Shown one piece after another: positions 40,439 through 50,549 of a stretch of DNA of 64,000 bases. How positions within the stretch are numbered: position 1 is the stretch's first letter; each line of letters starts with the position of its first letter. Location of the stretch: positions 64,001 through 128,000 of the forward strand of contig CAXXYH010000001.1 of the NCBI GenBank assembly GCA_963677925.2. Reading direction: 5' to 3'. Both the position numbers and the translations under genes were made by a program. The stretch is from Spirochaetia bacterium. Lineage in GTDB: Bacteria; Spirochaetota; Spirochaetia; UBA9216. Below the pieces are notes generated by a model, which did not search any database, was not told the origin of the DNA, and saw only the letters and a program-made list of their open reading frames with translations.

Positions 40439-41035
40439 TCAGCTGCTGAGCATGACAATGGCTTTTTTAAAGAGATTTTTCTCAAAATCGGAAGCATCAC
40501 TGCTGTCAGCAGAAGCAGAAAGTTCATCAGCTGCTTTTCTGACCGCTGCTTCAGCTTTCTTCCGGTCAAAGCCCATGTCTGTAAGTGCGTTTATTATATC
40601 ACTATGGCTGCCGGATGAGGAAGTCTCATCATCAAGACTTAATTTTCCTCTTAAAGTGAGCACAATTTTCTGAGCGGTTTTTTTACCCAGTCCAGGAAGC
40701 CTTGTCAGAGCATCGACATCGTTTTCATCAAGCTGCCGTATAAAGGCATCAACCTCTATTCCAGAAAGTATACGAACAGCCTGTTTAGGCCCTATTCCTC
40801 CAACCTTCAGAAGATCAAAAAACAGAGAGCGCTCGCGTTTATCATAAAAGCCGTAGAGCTGCATTACATCTTCACGATGATGAAGATAAACAAGTACACG
40901 GGCGTCCTCACCTGTTTTGGGCATCTTAGTTATGGAATTAAAAGGCATCAGGATCTGCCATTCTATGCCGTTGTTTTCAATAAAAACAGAAGATTCGTCT
41001 TTACCTGTAATGATTCCGCTTATACTGTTTATCAT
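40439..41035 (-). CDS. ruvA: Holliday junction DNA-binding subunit
   Basis: REDVMQLYGF; HhH motifs GIGPK and PGLGKKTA. Confidence 0.95.
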   Translation of the reverse strand: MINSISGIITGKDESSVFIENNGIEWQILMPFNSITKMPKTGEDARVLVYLHHREDVMQLYGFYDKRERSLFFDLLKVGGIGPKQAVRILSGIEVDAFIRQLDENDVDALTRLPGLGKKTAQKIVLTLRGKLSLDDETSSSGSHSDIINALTDMGFDRKKAEAAVRKAADELSASADSSDASDFEKNLFKKAIVMLSS

Positions 41036-41529
41036 GTAATAACTCCTCTTGAGGCCATCAGGTAGGAGTTGAAGCCGCAGACGGCTGCTGCTAAAGCATC
41101 TGCTGCATGATCAGGCTGAGGAATTTCTTCCATCCCGAGGATCATCTTTACCATTTCCTGTACGGCTGTTTTATCCGCTCTCCCATTCCCGGTCAGGGAC
41201 TGTTTGATCTGCTGAGGAGTAAATTCGGAAGCGGAGATATTATTCTGTGCAAGTACCAGCAGGAGTACTCCGCGTGCCTGAGCTACGGGGATCGCGCTGG
41301 TTACATTCTTTGCAAAGAATAGACTTTCAATTCCTGCAATGGCAGGTTTAAATTCTTTGATGAGTTCTTCACATTTTTCATGGATAATTTTCAGTCGATT
41401 ACCGGTAGAAAGTTTTTTGTCTGTTTCAATGCTGCCGTAGGCAACCGGTTGAAACCGGCTGCTGTCAGCGTCTAAGACTCCCCATCCGGTAGAAGCAAGT
41501 CCGGGGTCCAACCCCAGGATTCTTACCAT
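41032..41529 (-). CDS. ruvC: Crossover junction endodeoxyribonuclease
   Basis: ILGLDPG, IESLFF, QARGV and DHAADALA motifs. Confidence 0.95.
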   Translation of the reverse strand: MVRILGLDPGLASTGWGVLDADSSRFQPVAYGSIETDKKLSTGNRLKIIHEKCEELIKEFKPAIAGIESLFFAKNVTSAIPVAQARGVLLLVLAQNNISASEFTPQQIKQSLTGNGRADKTAVQEMVKMILGMEEIPQPDHAADALAAAVCGFNSYLMASRGVIT

Positions 41530-42276
41530 CTATTCCGCATCTGGGTCGTAGTCATCCGGTATTTCCAGATTAGAGTAAACATTCTGGACATCATCATTGT
41601 CTTCGAGCCTGTCAATAAGCTTAAGGACCTTTCCGGTTTTTTCATTATCAAGAGTAATAGTCTGATCGGCTACCATTGTTATTTCAGCGCTGTCTCTTTT
41701 GAAACCAGCTTCTTCAAGTGCATTAACCACAGCTTCAAAATCTTCAGGATCAGTTGTTACTTCAATAACATCAACATCAGTTGAAACATCTTCAGCGCCG
41801 GCTTCAAGCGCTGCATTGAAGATTTCATCTTCAGAGCAGTTTTCAGTACTGAATGTTATAACACCTTTCCGGTTGAACATGTATGAAACACATCCTGTTT
41901 CACCCAGGTTTCCGCCGGCTTTTGAAAAAATACTTCTAACATCGGCAGCTGTACGGTTTTTGTTGTCTGTAAGAGTCTCAACCATAATTGCAACTCCGCC
42001 GACTCCATAACCTTCGTACATTCCCTCAGTATAGTTTACACCGTCAAGATCACCTGTTCCCTTCTTGATTGCCCGTTCAATGTTGTCTTTGGGCATATTG
42101 GCGTCTTTAGCCTTAAGGACAATAGTTCTCAGTCTGGGGTTGGCTTCAATATCTCCGCCGCCCATCTTGGCTGCAACAGTAATTTCCTTGATGATCTTGG
42201 TAAATATTTTACCTCGTTTTGCGTCTGCCGCACCCTTTTTATGTTTAATAGTATGCCATTTACTGTGGCCTGACAT
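41530..42276 (-). CDS. yebC: YebC/PmpR-family protein
   Basis: [14 protein letters not shown] and TDNKNRT motifs. Confidence 0.95.
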   Translation of the reverse strand: MSGHSKWHTIKHKKGAADAKRGKIFTKIIKEITVAAKMGGGDIEANPRLRTIVLKAKDANMPKDNIERAIKKGTGDLDGVNYTEGMYEGYGVGGVAIMVETLTDNKNRTAADVRSIFSKAGGNLGETGCVSYMFNRKGVITFSTENCSEDEIFNAALEAGAEDVSTDVDVIEVTTDPEDFEAVVNALEEAGFKRDSAEITMVADQTITLDNEKTGKVLKLIDRLEDNDDVQNVYSNLEIPDDYDPDAE

Positions 42277-42347
42277 GGTATCTCCTTTGCATAATTGTTA
42301 TTTAATTATTGCTGTTCGAACAAGTTACCATACTGAAAAATCTGGTG

Positions 42348-42506
42348 TCAAGAGTGTTCATCATCACGAAGGTTTGATTTAACCGGAATATCAATTCTTG
42401 TTCCGCATGCAGGACAGCGGCCTTTTAAACCGGCTTTTTCCTTTGGTACTCTCAGACCCTTTCCGCATGAAGGGCAGCTGAATTTAACTGTTTCATTGTT
42501 ATGCAT
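42348..42506 (-). CDS. 52-aa zinc-ribbon microprotein (not in ORF track)
   Basis: Translated by hand: MHNNETVKFSCPSCGKGLRVPKEKAGLKGRCPACGTRIDIPVKSNLRDDEHS. GGAG SD upstream; alternative ATG at 42521. Confidence 0.75.
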   Translation of the reverse strand: MHNNETVKFSCPSCGKGLRVPKEKAGLKGRCPACGTRIDIPVKSNLRDDEHS

Positions 42507-42753
42507 AAATTTATTCTCCATAAAAAAAATCTTTAATTACAATTCTAAGCTATTTAATTGATTATTAAAAAGGACATATCGAAATTGCATTGTTTGAAGT
42601 TTATGTATTTACTTATTAAGTAATCATTTAAAGATATTTTACTTATAATATTTCTTTTTTCAAGTGTTTAGTGTTGTAAATAATAAAAACTTGATTAGAA
42701 ATTATGCTTGGTTTATAGTGTTGAAATCAGTAATTCTATGAAAAGGAATATAG

Positions 42754-43236
42754 ATGCTTAACGATGACAGTGTTTACTATGACATGCTAATCTCACTCAG
42801 GCAGATAATAAGATGTACGGATCTTCATTCAAAGAAGCTTGTTAAACACTACGGCCTTACCGGACCGCAGCTGATAATTATCAAGGTAATTGCAGATGAA
42901 GGTGAAATCTCTGTAGGAAAGCTGGCAAAAATCATAAGTCTAAGTCAGGCGACAGTGACAAATATTGTTGAAAGGCTTGAGCAGAAGGAAATTCTGTCCA
43001 GAATGAAAACAGACAATGATAAACGCCGGGTTATGGTGAGGGTAACTGAAAAGGCTCATGAAATTATTTCAAAAGAGCCTTCTCTTCTTGATGAAACGTT
43101 CATAGGCAGATATGAAAAACTGCAGACCTGGGAGCAGAATATGCTGCTTTCTTCAATACAGAGGATAGCTGATATGATGACAGGTCAGAATGAAAACCCT
43201 GATAAGGTTTTTCTTGAATCTCCTGCCGGAGTTTAA
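42754..43236 (+). CDS. MarR-family transcriptional regulator (EctR-like)
   Basis: [30 protein letters not shown] and DKRR motifs. Confidence 0.88.
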   Translation: MLNDDSVYYDMLISLRQIIRCTDLHSKKLVKHYGLTGPQLIIIKVIADEGEISVGKLAKIISLSQATVTNIVERLEQKEILSRMKTDNDKRRVMVRVTEKAHEIISKEPSLLDETFIGRYEKLQTWEQNMLLSSIQRIADMMTGQNENPDKVFLESPAGV

Positions 43237-43237
43237 T

Positions 43238-43975
43238 ATGAAAGAAATATTTGATTTTCTGTCGGAAGATATTTACTGCACGGTATTTACGGGGGCCGGA
43301 GTCTCAACATTTTCGGGAATCCGGGATTTCAGGGGCAAAAACGGTCTTTACAATGAGCCTGATGCGGATAAGATTTTTGATATCGATTACTTTCAGCGGG
43401 ACCCTTCATTTTACTACAGCCGGACAAAGGATTTTATTTACAATTTAGAAGATAAAGACCCAGGTGTTGTTCACCGCATGCTGGCAATGCTGGAGCAGAA
43501 GGGGCTGCTTAAACGTCTTATAACACAGAATATAGATCTTCTTCACCAGAAAGCAGGTAATACAGGTGTTGTAGAGGTTCATGGAACTCCGGCGGTACAT
43601 CACTGTCTTTCCTGCGGTAAGAGTTATACCTATGAAGAAGTTGCTGCAAACGTACAGGAAGATATTTTGCCTATATGTTCAGACTGCGGCGGCATAATCA
43701 AACCTGATATTACTTTCTTCGGTGAACAGCTGCCCGCAGGCGCAATTGAAACAGCTTTTACCGAGGCTGTACGTTCCGATTTAATGTTCGTTCTTGGCTC
43801 CAGTCTTACAGTGCAGCCGGCCGCCTCAATACCTGTTCAGACAGTTCGCTCCGGAGGAAGAATTGTAATTGTTAATGATATGGCAACACCGCTCGATTCA
43901 TCGGCATGGAAAAGGTTTTCTGATCTGGGTGAGTTCAGCGAACAGATGATCGAATACCTGAAAAAAAGGGACTGA
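43238..43975 (+). CDS. cobB: Sir2-family NAD-dependent protein deacylase
   Basis: [23 protein letters not shown], two CxxC and GSSL motifs. Confidence 0.9.
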   Translation: MKEIFDFLSEDIYCTVFTGAGVSTFSGIRDFRGKNGLYNEPDADKIFDIDYFQRDPSFYYSRTKDFIYNLEDKDPGVVHRMLAMLEQKGLLKRLITQNIDLLHQKAGNTGVVEVHGTPAVHHCLSCGKSYTYEEVAANVQEDILPICSDCGGIIKPDITFFGEQLPAGAIETAFTEAVRSDLMFVLGSSLTVQPAASIPVQTVRSGGRIVIVNDMATPLDSSAWKRFSDLGEFSEQMIEYLKKRD

Positions 43976-43991
43976 CTCTAAAGCCAGTCCC
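43968..43991. terminator. Hairpin between convergent cobB and glyA
   Basis: GGGACTG...CAGTCCC stem, preceded by an A-run that reads as a T-tract on the minus strand. Confidence 0.5.
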
Positions 43992-44017
43992 GATCTCCAT
44001 ATTTTATAAAAGTATAC

Positions 44018-45301
44018 TTAAAGTGCACCAAACGGCGGGTTGCCGTTCTTTTTCGGAATTATAAAATGTTCAGGAACAGGAAATCTCGAAGTCAGTTCAA
44101 GAACCTCTTTTCCGACCTGAGAAATTACTTCTTCATTGCCCAGATTATCAGCTACTTTTGAGATGAGACCTGCAAGAATATCCATTTCAGGTTCCATCAT
44201 TCCCCTGGTGGTAATTGCAGGAGTTCCGATCCTCAGACCGTTTGGTTTTGTAGGGGGTGCCGGATCGTGCGGAACGGTGTTAAAGTTAGCAACTATTCTT
44301 GCTCTGTCCAGTGCCTTTGCAAAATCTCTTCCCGGGATATTCTTTTTTCTGAGGTCAATCAGAATTATATGGTTATCAGTTCCGCCTGTAACAAGGTCAA
44401 AACCTTTTTCCATAAGTTTTTCAGAGAGCCTCTTTGAGTTTTTCAGAATCTGCTGTGCATAAAGCATAAATTCCTGAGTGTCTGCCTCTGCAAGAGCAAC
44501 TGCAATTGCAGCTATAGTATGCATATGAGGACCGCCCTGCTGACCGGGCATAATAGCCTTGTCCAGTTTTGCAGCATGTTCAGCTTTACATAGAAGCATA
44601 CCGCCTCTGGGACCTCGAAGGGTCTTGTGTGTGGTAGTTGAAACGATGTCAGCGTATGGAACCGGAGATTTATGCAGACCTGCTACTACAAGACCTGAAA
44701 GGTGGGCTATATCACTTACATGAAAAGCTCCAACTTCTTTCGCGATATTTCCGAAGATTTCAAAATCGATGGCTCTCGGGTAGGCAGTTGTTCCTGAAAC
44801 AATTACATCAGGTTTTTCTCTTATTGCCATATCCCTGATCTCATCATAGTCAAGGTAACCGTCTTCCTTAACGCTGTAATTAACAGCCTCAAAAAATTTG
44901 CTTGTGATACTTACCTTTGATCCGTGAGTCAGATGACCGCCGGAACTAAGGTTCAGTCCCATGATCTTCTGACCAGGTTTAATAAGCGTATTATAGGCTC
45001 CGAGGTTTGCTACAGAACCTGAATAAGGCTGAACATTGGCATGATCAGCCTTGAAAACCTTTGTTGCCCGGTCTCTTGCAAGATTCTCAACAAGATCAGT
45101 TATCTGCTGGCCTTCATAATATCTTTTCCCGGGGTAGCCTTCAGAATATTTGTTGGTTAGACAGCTTCCGGTTGCCATTCTTACTGCCTGAGATACATAG
45201 TTCTCAGAGGGTATAAGTCTGAGTACGCCGCTCTGGCGTGCTTCTTCCTGTTTAATGAGTTCAAACATCTGCGGATCGTATTTTTCAAGTGCAGAGTACA
45301 T
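44018..45301 (-). CDS. glyA: Serine hydroxymethyltransferase
   Basis: LIPSEN, NKYSEGYPGKRYY, GGHLTH and TTTHKTLRGPRGG motifs. Confidence 0.97.
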   Translation of the reverse strand: MYSALEKYDPQMFELIKQEEARQSGVLRLIPSENYVSQAVRMATGSCLTNKYSEGYPGKRYYEGQQITDLVENLARDRATKVFKADHANVQPYSGSVANLGAYNTLIKPGQKIMGLNLSSGGHLTHGSKVSITSKFFEAVNYSVKEDGYLDYDEIRDMAIREKPDVIVSGTTAYPRAIDFEIFGNIAKEVGAFHVSDIAHLSGLVVAGLHKSPVPYADIVSTTTHKTLRGPRGGMLLCKAEHAAKLDKAIMPGQQGGPHMHTIAAIAVALAEADTQEFMLYAQQILKNSKRLSEKLMEKGFDLVTGGTDNHIILIDLRKKNIPGRDFAKALDRARIVANFNTVPHDPAPPTKPNGLRIGTPAITTRGMMEPEMDILAGLISKVADNLGNEEVISQVGKEVLELTSRFPVPEHFIIPKKNGNPPFGAL

Positions 45302-45487
45302 TTCATCTCCTGTGTATATTTCTTTATTATGTTATAACGATTTGTCTCGACCTTCTCAACAGTATAAAAAGACACCGAAATTTGCTCTTGAAGCTCTTTT
45401 GACGGAATACCTCAAAATACAGAAAGTATTTTTAAGTATACATCAAAGACTTGTGTATATAACTTTTGATGCGGTAAAGAAAAAAAT

Positions 45488-46666
45488 TTACTTTTTTTTC
45501 AAAAATGTAGATTCTTCCAGTTCTGAATAGATATCAGCAAGAAAAGAATTAAGTTTGCATGAAAGATCAAAGTCTATACGGCCTTCTTTATCGATTTTAT
45601 AGCCGTAATTACGCCACCTTGTTAGTGTTTTAGGTACAAGCAAATGCGGCTGGATTCCGAATCTGGACTTAAATACCTTCCTGTCCGGACCTGAATCCAT
45701 CCGATAGCCCATCATGTAATGTTCAAAAATATAATCTGTTCCGTCTATAATCTCTGTTTCAGAAAGATTCAGCAGATCCTCTGTGTTTTTACATTCAAGA
45801 TATTTATTGATATCAGCAGGATTAGCTCTTCTAAAGGCCTTTATAGATTCGTAAGCGGAAGAAAAGGCTCCGGGACCTATTCCTTCATATGACTGCATTC
45901 GCCAGTAGGCGCAATTATGAACAGATTCCATACCAGGTTTACAGTAATTGGATATTTCGTAACGCTTGAATTCCTTAGCATTTAGGAAATCAAAAGTTTG
46001 TTTCATACTGTCAATCTGAGTATCTTCATCAGCGGGAATGAAGTCGTTTTCAAGTTCTCTATCAGAAAGCGGTGTTTCATCTTCTATGGTTAGAGAATAA
46101 ACTGAAAGGTGATCAGGCTCAATTAGTACAGCTTTCTCAAGGTCTGGCAGGATGTCATATCCGGTTCCTGATATTAGATCAAGTGACAGCCTTCCCTTCC
46201 ATAATGATCTGATCTGCTCAACCTTAGCGAATACCTCTTCCGGATAAACACCCCGTCCGATATGCTTAAGTATCATTTCATCAAAACTCTGAACACCAAG
46301 ACTGAGCCGGTTGACTCCGTACCCGGATGAAATATTGAGGAAAGACTCTGTACAGCTTTCAGGATTTGCTTCAGTTGTAAATTCACAGTCATCAGAGATA
46401 AGTCCATGCGTTCTTTGAATGATTCCGGAAAGAAGGTTTTCGAGGATTTTATCGGGTAGAGATGAAGGGGTCCCTCCTCCGATGAATATTGAATCTATAC
46501 ATTCCGGCTGAATGATATCAAGCCGCGCTGAAAGTTCATCGAGCATGAGCCCGGTAAGCTTTTTAATCTGCGATGTTTCGATAGTTCTGCATTCAACAGA
46601 ATAAAAATCACAGTAGTCACATTTTTTTTGACAAAAAGGAATATGAAAATAAAGTGAAAAACTCAT
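45488..46666 (-). CDS. hemW: Radical SAM heme chaperone HemW-like
   Basis: SLYFHIPFCQKKCDYCDF, GGGTPS, YEISN and HN..YW motifs. Confidence 0.9.
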   Translation of the reverse strand: MSFSLYFHIPFCQKKCDYCDFYSVECRTIETSQIKKLTGLMLDELSARLDIIQPECIDSIFIGGGTPSSLPDKILENLLSGIIQRTHGLISDDCEFTTEANPESCTESFLNISSGYGVNRLSLGVQSFDEMILKHIGRGVYPEEVFAKVEQIRSLWKGRLSLDLISGTGYDILPDLEKAVLIEPDHLSVYSLTIEDETPLSDRELENDFIPADEDTQIDSMKQTFDFLNAKEFKRYEISNYCKPGMESVHNCAYWRMQSYEGIGPGAFSSAYESIKAFRRANPADINKYLECKNTEDLLNLSETEIIDGTDYIFEHYMMGYRMDSGPDRKVFKSRFGIQPHLLVPKTLTRWRNYGYKIDKEGRIDFDLSCKLNSFLADIYSELEESTFLKKK

Positions 46667-47421
46667 TGGGGAATTTCAATTGATGGTACGTATTTGAGTA
46701 TAACCTTTGCAGTAATATTCTTTTTATCTACCGGCCCCTGATAATATGAGTCGTTAGACATCGATCTGTTGTCTCCAAGCAGAAAATACTGATCTTCACC
46801 AAGTGATATTTCATCCATATTTCCGGCAAATGGAAAATCTTCCGGCCAGTTATCAGGTACCGGGTATCTGGTAATTGTATATTCAGCCTGCAGAATTTCC
46901 TTTTCGGAAAAGAAGTAACTCTTGCCTGCAGGTTTTATAAGCACTTCATTGTTTTCAAACTTGATTGTATCGCCTGGTATTCCGATTACGCGTTTCATCA
47001 TCAGACTGTTTGACCATGTATCTTCATAACCGGGAAAACCCTTTTTCTGAATAGTGAAAAATCTGATAATGCTGTCCGGAACTTTAATATACCAGGGCAT
47101 TTCTGAATAAAAAGAGGGTTTATATAAGATTATTTCGCCGCGTCTCGGGTTTCTGATTCCGGGAAAGGAAATTCCGGTAAATGGTATTTCCGGATGAAAG
47201 AATACAGGCGTAGCAATAAGATTATCCCCGGCGCTGATAGTAGGTTCCATTGATATGGATTCCATTTTAAAGGTGGAAATAAAAAGTGAAGATATTGCTT
47301 CGAAGGTAATAAAGAGTATTAGCAGAAATATAATAATCCGTTTGATAATGTTATTTCCGGCCTTGTGATATCCGCCGTATGATGAACTGCGATATCTGTC
47401 TTTTCTGCTTCTATAGCTCAA
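46663..47421 (-). CDS. lepB: Signal peptidase I
   Basis: SISMEPT, MKRVIGIPGD and LGDNRSMSNDS motifs. Confidence 0.9.
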   Translation of the reverse strand: MSYRSRKDRYRSSSYGGYHKAGNNIIKRIIIFLLILFITFEAISSLFISTFKMESISMEPTISAGDNLIATPVFFHPEIPFTGISFPGIRNPRRGEIILYKPSFYSEMPWYIKVPDSIIRFFTIQKKGFPGYEDTWSNSLMMKRVIGIPGDTIKFENNEVLIKPAGKSYFFSEKEILQAEYTITRYPVPDNWPEDFPFAGNMDEISLGEDQYFLLGDNRSMSNDSYYQGPVDKKNITAKVILKYVPSIEIPQ

Positions 47422-47431
47422 CTGCCCCTGC

Positions 47432-48418
47432 CTATCTTATTACGCCGATACGTCCTGCAGGCCAGTACTTGAATATTGCCCTGCCGAGAACTTTATCAAG
47501 GCTGACTGGTCCGAAGTATCTTGCATCGCGTGAATTATCTCTGTTATCACCCATTGGGAATATCCAGCCTTCAGGTATAAACCATCCGGTATTTATTTTT
47601 CGCCAGGCACCGCCGTACTGATGGAGATGCGGATTTATTTCATACAGAGCCTGATAGCGGTATCCGCTCCAGGAATACATATCGGTATACTGTGAATTTG
47701 ATGCTGAAGCTATTGTACTGTCAACGGTGTTGGGCCGGATTCCGGTATCATCATAAGCATCAATAAAAGCGGCTGCCCTTATGCCGTCATATTCATCTGC
47801 ATTAATAAGTCTTCTAGTCTGATAAGTTTTTGCGGTGATTTCCTTTAAATCTGCTTCTGCCATCCATGTATCGAAACCTGCAGGTTTGAGCTGGACTTCA
47901 CCGTCAGCAATTTTTATAGAATCACCTTCATGCGCCATTGCACGCTTGATCAGGAAGTGAGCCTTGGGGTTTCCGTACTGATCCTTATCTATATCAACAA
48001 GCGAAAATGTAATCATATAGATAATTCTCTGGGCTACATCAAAAACCGGTCCGCGTGAGAGATATGTAGGGCTTTCGAAGATAATAACTTCGTTTCTGGC
48101 AGGTTTTCTGAAACCGTCAACCTTGAAATTACCGGGAACCAGTTCAGGTCCGTAAATAAGCTTGTTAACAAAAATACGGTCTTTTACTTTAAGGGTTTCT
48201 ACCATAGAAGGGGTTGGAATCTGGTAAGCCTGAAAGAAATACTGGTTGATAATTAAAACAACAACAGCTGCCCAGATAAAGGCTTCTATCCAGTCAAGAA
48301 CAGGATTTTTGGCCTTTGCCTTCTCTTTTTTTATCCGGATCCGTTCCTTTCTTTTTGAGAGCAGATTTTCGGTTACAGACTGTACTCTGGTATTCCAGCT
48401 ATCGGTTGAAGTTGCCAT
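47432..48418 (-). CDS. lepB: Signal peptidase I (paralog)
   Basis: IPTPSMVETL, LIKRA and MGDNRDNSRDARYFG motifs. Confidence 0.9.
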   Translation of the reverse strand: MATSTDSWNTRVQSVTENLLSKRKERIRIKKEKAKAKNPVLDWIEAFIWAAVVVLIINQYFFQAYQIPTPSMVETLKVKDRIFVNKLIYGPELVPGNFKVDGFRKPARNEVIIFESPTYLSRGPVFDVAQRIIYMITFSLVDIDKDQYGNPKAHFLIKRAMAHEGDSIKIADGEVQLKPAGFDTWMAEADLKEITAKTYQTRRLINADEYDGIRAAAFIDAYDDTGIRPNTVDSTIASASNSQYTDMYSWSGYRYQALYEINPHLHQYGGAWRKINTGWFIPEGWIFPMGDNRDNSRDARYFGPVSLDKVLGRAIFKYWPAGRIGVIR

Positions 48419-48482
48419 GAGCAAACAATATCATGTTATCCTGAACGTTGACAAGGGAGACATATAAATATAATCTCATTGT

Positions 48483-50036
48483 ATGCTTGAGGAAGACATA
48501 GTTAAACTTAAACCAATTTTCGGCGTTCATCCCGGAAAGTATCTTACTGTACTTTATGCAGTTATTCTCGCACTGATTCTCTTTATTCTGTTATTTCTTC
48601 CGGGAATAATCAAACCTGGATCAGTATACCTGTTCAGTTCCGCTCCTTCAGGAGCAAGAGTCATGATAGACGGAGAATATCAGGGAGCAACACCCTGCCG
48701 AGTTTTTGTTCCCGGCGGCAGTCATGAGCTTGTTATTGAACGTGATTATTTTTCGGTTCATAACGAAACGCTGGAAAGCGGGAACCGGGTTTTTGCTTCC
48801 TTATTTGCTCCCAAAAAGGTTGAATACAGCGCACAGCTTGAACTTACAGATCCTGAAGGATTTTTTAATCATACCTTTACAGCTTTTTCAAACTGGGGAA
48901 TGATTGATTCATATTATGAAAATTATCAGCCGGAGCCCGTTTTAAGCAGCTTTTTTAAGGCTCTTCAGGATACCGGATATACAAACGAAGAAGTAATGTA
49001 TGATTTTCTATACAACGTAATGTCGTTTGTCCACACTGACTATCTTCTTCAGGACTTTTTTAATGCTGTAATGATATTTGAACAGATACGCGGTAATAAA
49101 GTTGAATTTGATCAGGATATTACAGAATCTTTTACTACTCTTCCTTTCTTTACAGAACTTGCAAAGGCTTATGATAATATTCCTTTCTGGATGTATAGTG
49201 TTCTTTCAGATGAGGAGCGGGAATCAGGACTTAACTGGTTTCCTGCAGTTCAGGAAGAATACAGCGGCTTTTTAAGAGATTTCAGCAATGATCATCCTGC
49301 AGCCTCCTCGGCTGTGAATTTATTCGGAATAAGATTTGTACGGCTTTCAGGCGGTCAGTTTCTTATGGGAAGCGACGGCAACAATTTTCCTTTTCCTGCT
49401 GCCGCAGGTGATTTTTTCATAATGGATCGAGAGGTGACTGCAGGCTTATACCGGCAGTTTATCAGTGAAAATCCGGACTGGAGTGCTGATAATTTATCTG
49501 TACTTATTTCAGAGAACCTGGTAAACGAAGACTATCTTAAAACATTCGATTCTTTATCTGATGATGCACCTGTTAATTTTATTTCCTGGTATGCTGCAGA
49601 GGCTTTCTGTTCATGGCTGACCGGAAAACTTCCTGCTTCTTTCAGCGAATATTCAGCCGGGCTTCCGGATGAGATTCAATGGGAATGGGCTGCAGCAACA
49701 GAAGACCAGAATACAGGTGTGTTTACCGAAAGTGAACCCGGCTCTGCATTATCTGTTTCAGGGCGTTTTCCCAACTCAAGCGGTATTTATGATATTCATG
49801 GAAATCTCTGGGAATGGTGTGACAACTGGTACTCACCTGCCGGCTACCTTATTTCATCCAGAGATCCAGCTTTAAATACCCTTTCGATCGAAAATTACCA
49901 GGCAGTTGAAAAATCTGTCCGGGGCGGTAGCTGGGCAAATAAGATTGATACAGTCACAGTATCCACACGAGGCTCTCAGCCACCATCATGGTGTACAGAG
50001 TTCAGCGGATTCAGAGTGATACTGGTAAAAGAATAA
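48483..50036 (+). CDS. Membrane-anchored PEGA + FGE-sulfatase domain protein
   Basis: TM, SAPSGARVMIDGEYQGATP (PEGA), DIHGNLWEWC, RGGSW and GFRV; adjacent to smpB. Confidence 0.8.
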   Translation: MLEEDIVKLKPIFGVHPGKYLTVLYAVILALILFILLFLPGIIKPGSVYLFSSAPSGARVMIDGEYQGATPCRVFVPGGSHELVIERDYFSVHNETLESGNRVFASLFAPKKVEYSAQLELTDPEGFFNHTFTAFSNWGMIDSYYENYQPEPVLSSFFKALQDTGYTNEEVMYDFLYNVMSFVHTDYLLQDFFNAVMIFEQIRGNKVEFDQDITESFTTLPFFTELAKAYDNIPFWMYSVLSDEERESGLNWFPAVQEEYSGFLRDFSNDHPAASSAVNLFGIRFVRLSGGQFLMGSDGNNFPFPAAAGDFFIMDREVTAGLYRQFISENPDWSADNLSVLISENLVNEDYLKTFDSLSDDAPVNFISWYAAEAFCSWLTGKLPASFSEYSAGLPDEIQWEWAAATEDQNTGVFTESEPGSALSVSGRFPNSSGIYDIHGNLWEWCDNWYSPAGYLISSRDPALNTLSIENYQAVEKSVRGGSWANKIDTVTVSTRGSQPPSWCTEFSGFRVILVKE

Positions 50037-50528
50037 ATGGCAGCAAAGAAAAATAAGAAAAATGAATTTACTTCCGACGGCATCAAGGTTCTCTCAGATA
50101 ACCGGAAAGCACGTTTTAATTATGAAATTGAAGACAGGCTTGAATGCGGTATAGAATTGATGGGAACCGAAGTAAAATCGCTTCGAAACGGTAAATTTTC
50201 ATTCAGCGACAGTTACTGCATAGTAAAGAACCTTGAACTCTGGATGGTTGCTTTTCATATTTCCCCATACGATTTTGGGAATATAAATAATCATGATCCT
50301 GACAGGAACAGAAAACTGCTAGCACACAAGCAGGAAATCAAACGGCTTTCACGAAAAGTTGATGAGAAAGGAATTACCCTCATTCCTCTTAAGGTTTATC
50401 TTAAAAACAGCAAAATAAAGATAGAGCTTGGACTCTGCCGCGGTAAGAATGTTCAGGACAAGAGAAATACGATTAAAGAACGTGATGAAAAACGCTCTAT
50501 TGAAAGGGAGTTCCGTCAGCGGCTGTAA
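50037..50528 (+). CDS. smpB: SsrA-binding protein
   Basis: NRKARFNY, GIELMGTEVKSLR, RKLLAHK and DKR motifs. Confidence 0.97.
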   Translation: MAAKKNKKNEFTSDGIKVLSDNRKARFNYEIEDRLECGIELMGTEVKSLRNGKFSFSDSYCIVKNLELWMVAFHISPYDFGNINNHDPDRNRKLLAHKQEIKRLSRKVDEKGITLIPLKVYLKNSKIKIELGLCRGKNVQDKRNTIKERDEKRSIEREFRQRL

Positions 50529-50549
50529 AACGCACATTGGATATGCTTA

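Noticed and set aside
43238-43975. Sir2 protein as a defence NADase (Thoeris/DSR)
   Set aside because: It is a canonical short CobB-type deacylase with a Zn-binding CxxC pair and no fused defence domains.
45302-45487. Riboswitch (ZTP or glycine) upstream of glyA
   Set aside because: No recognisable aptamer consensus by eye; an Rfam scan would be decisive.
46663-48418. Tandem signal peptidase I genes as a novelty
   Set aside because: Adjacent lepB paralogs are a known spirochaete arrangement.
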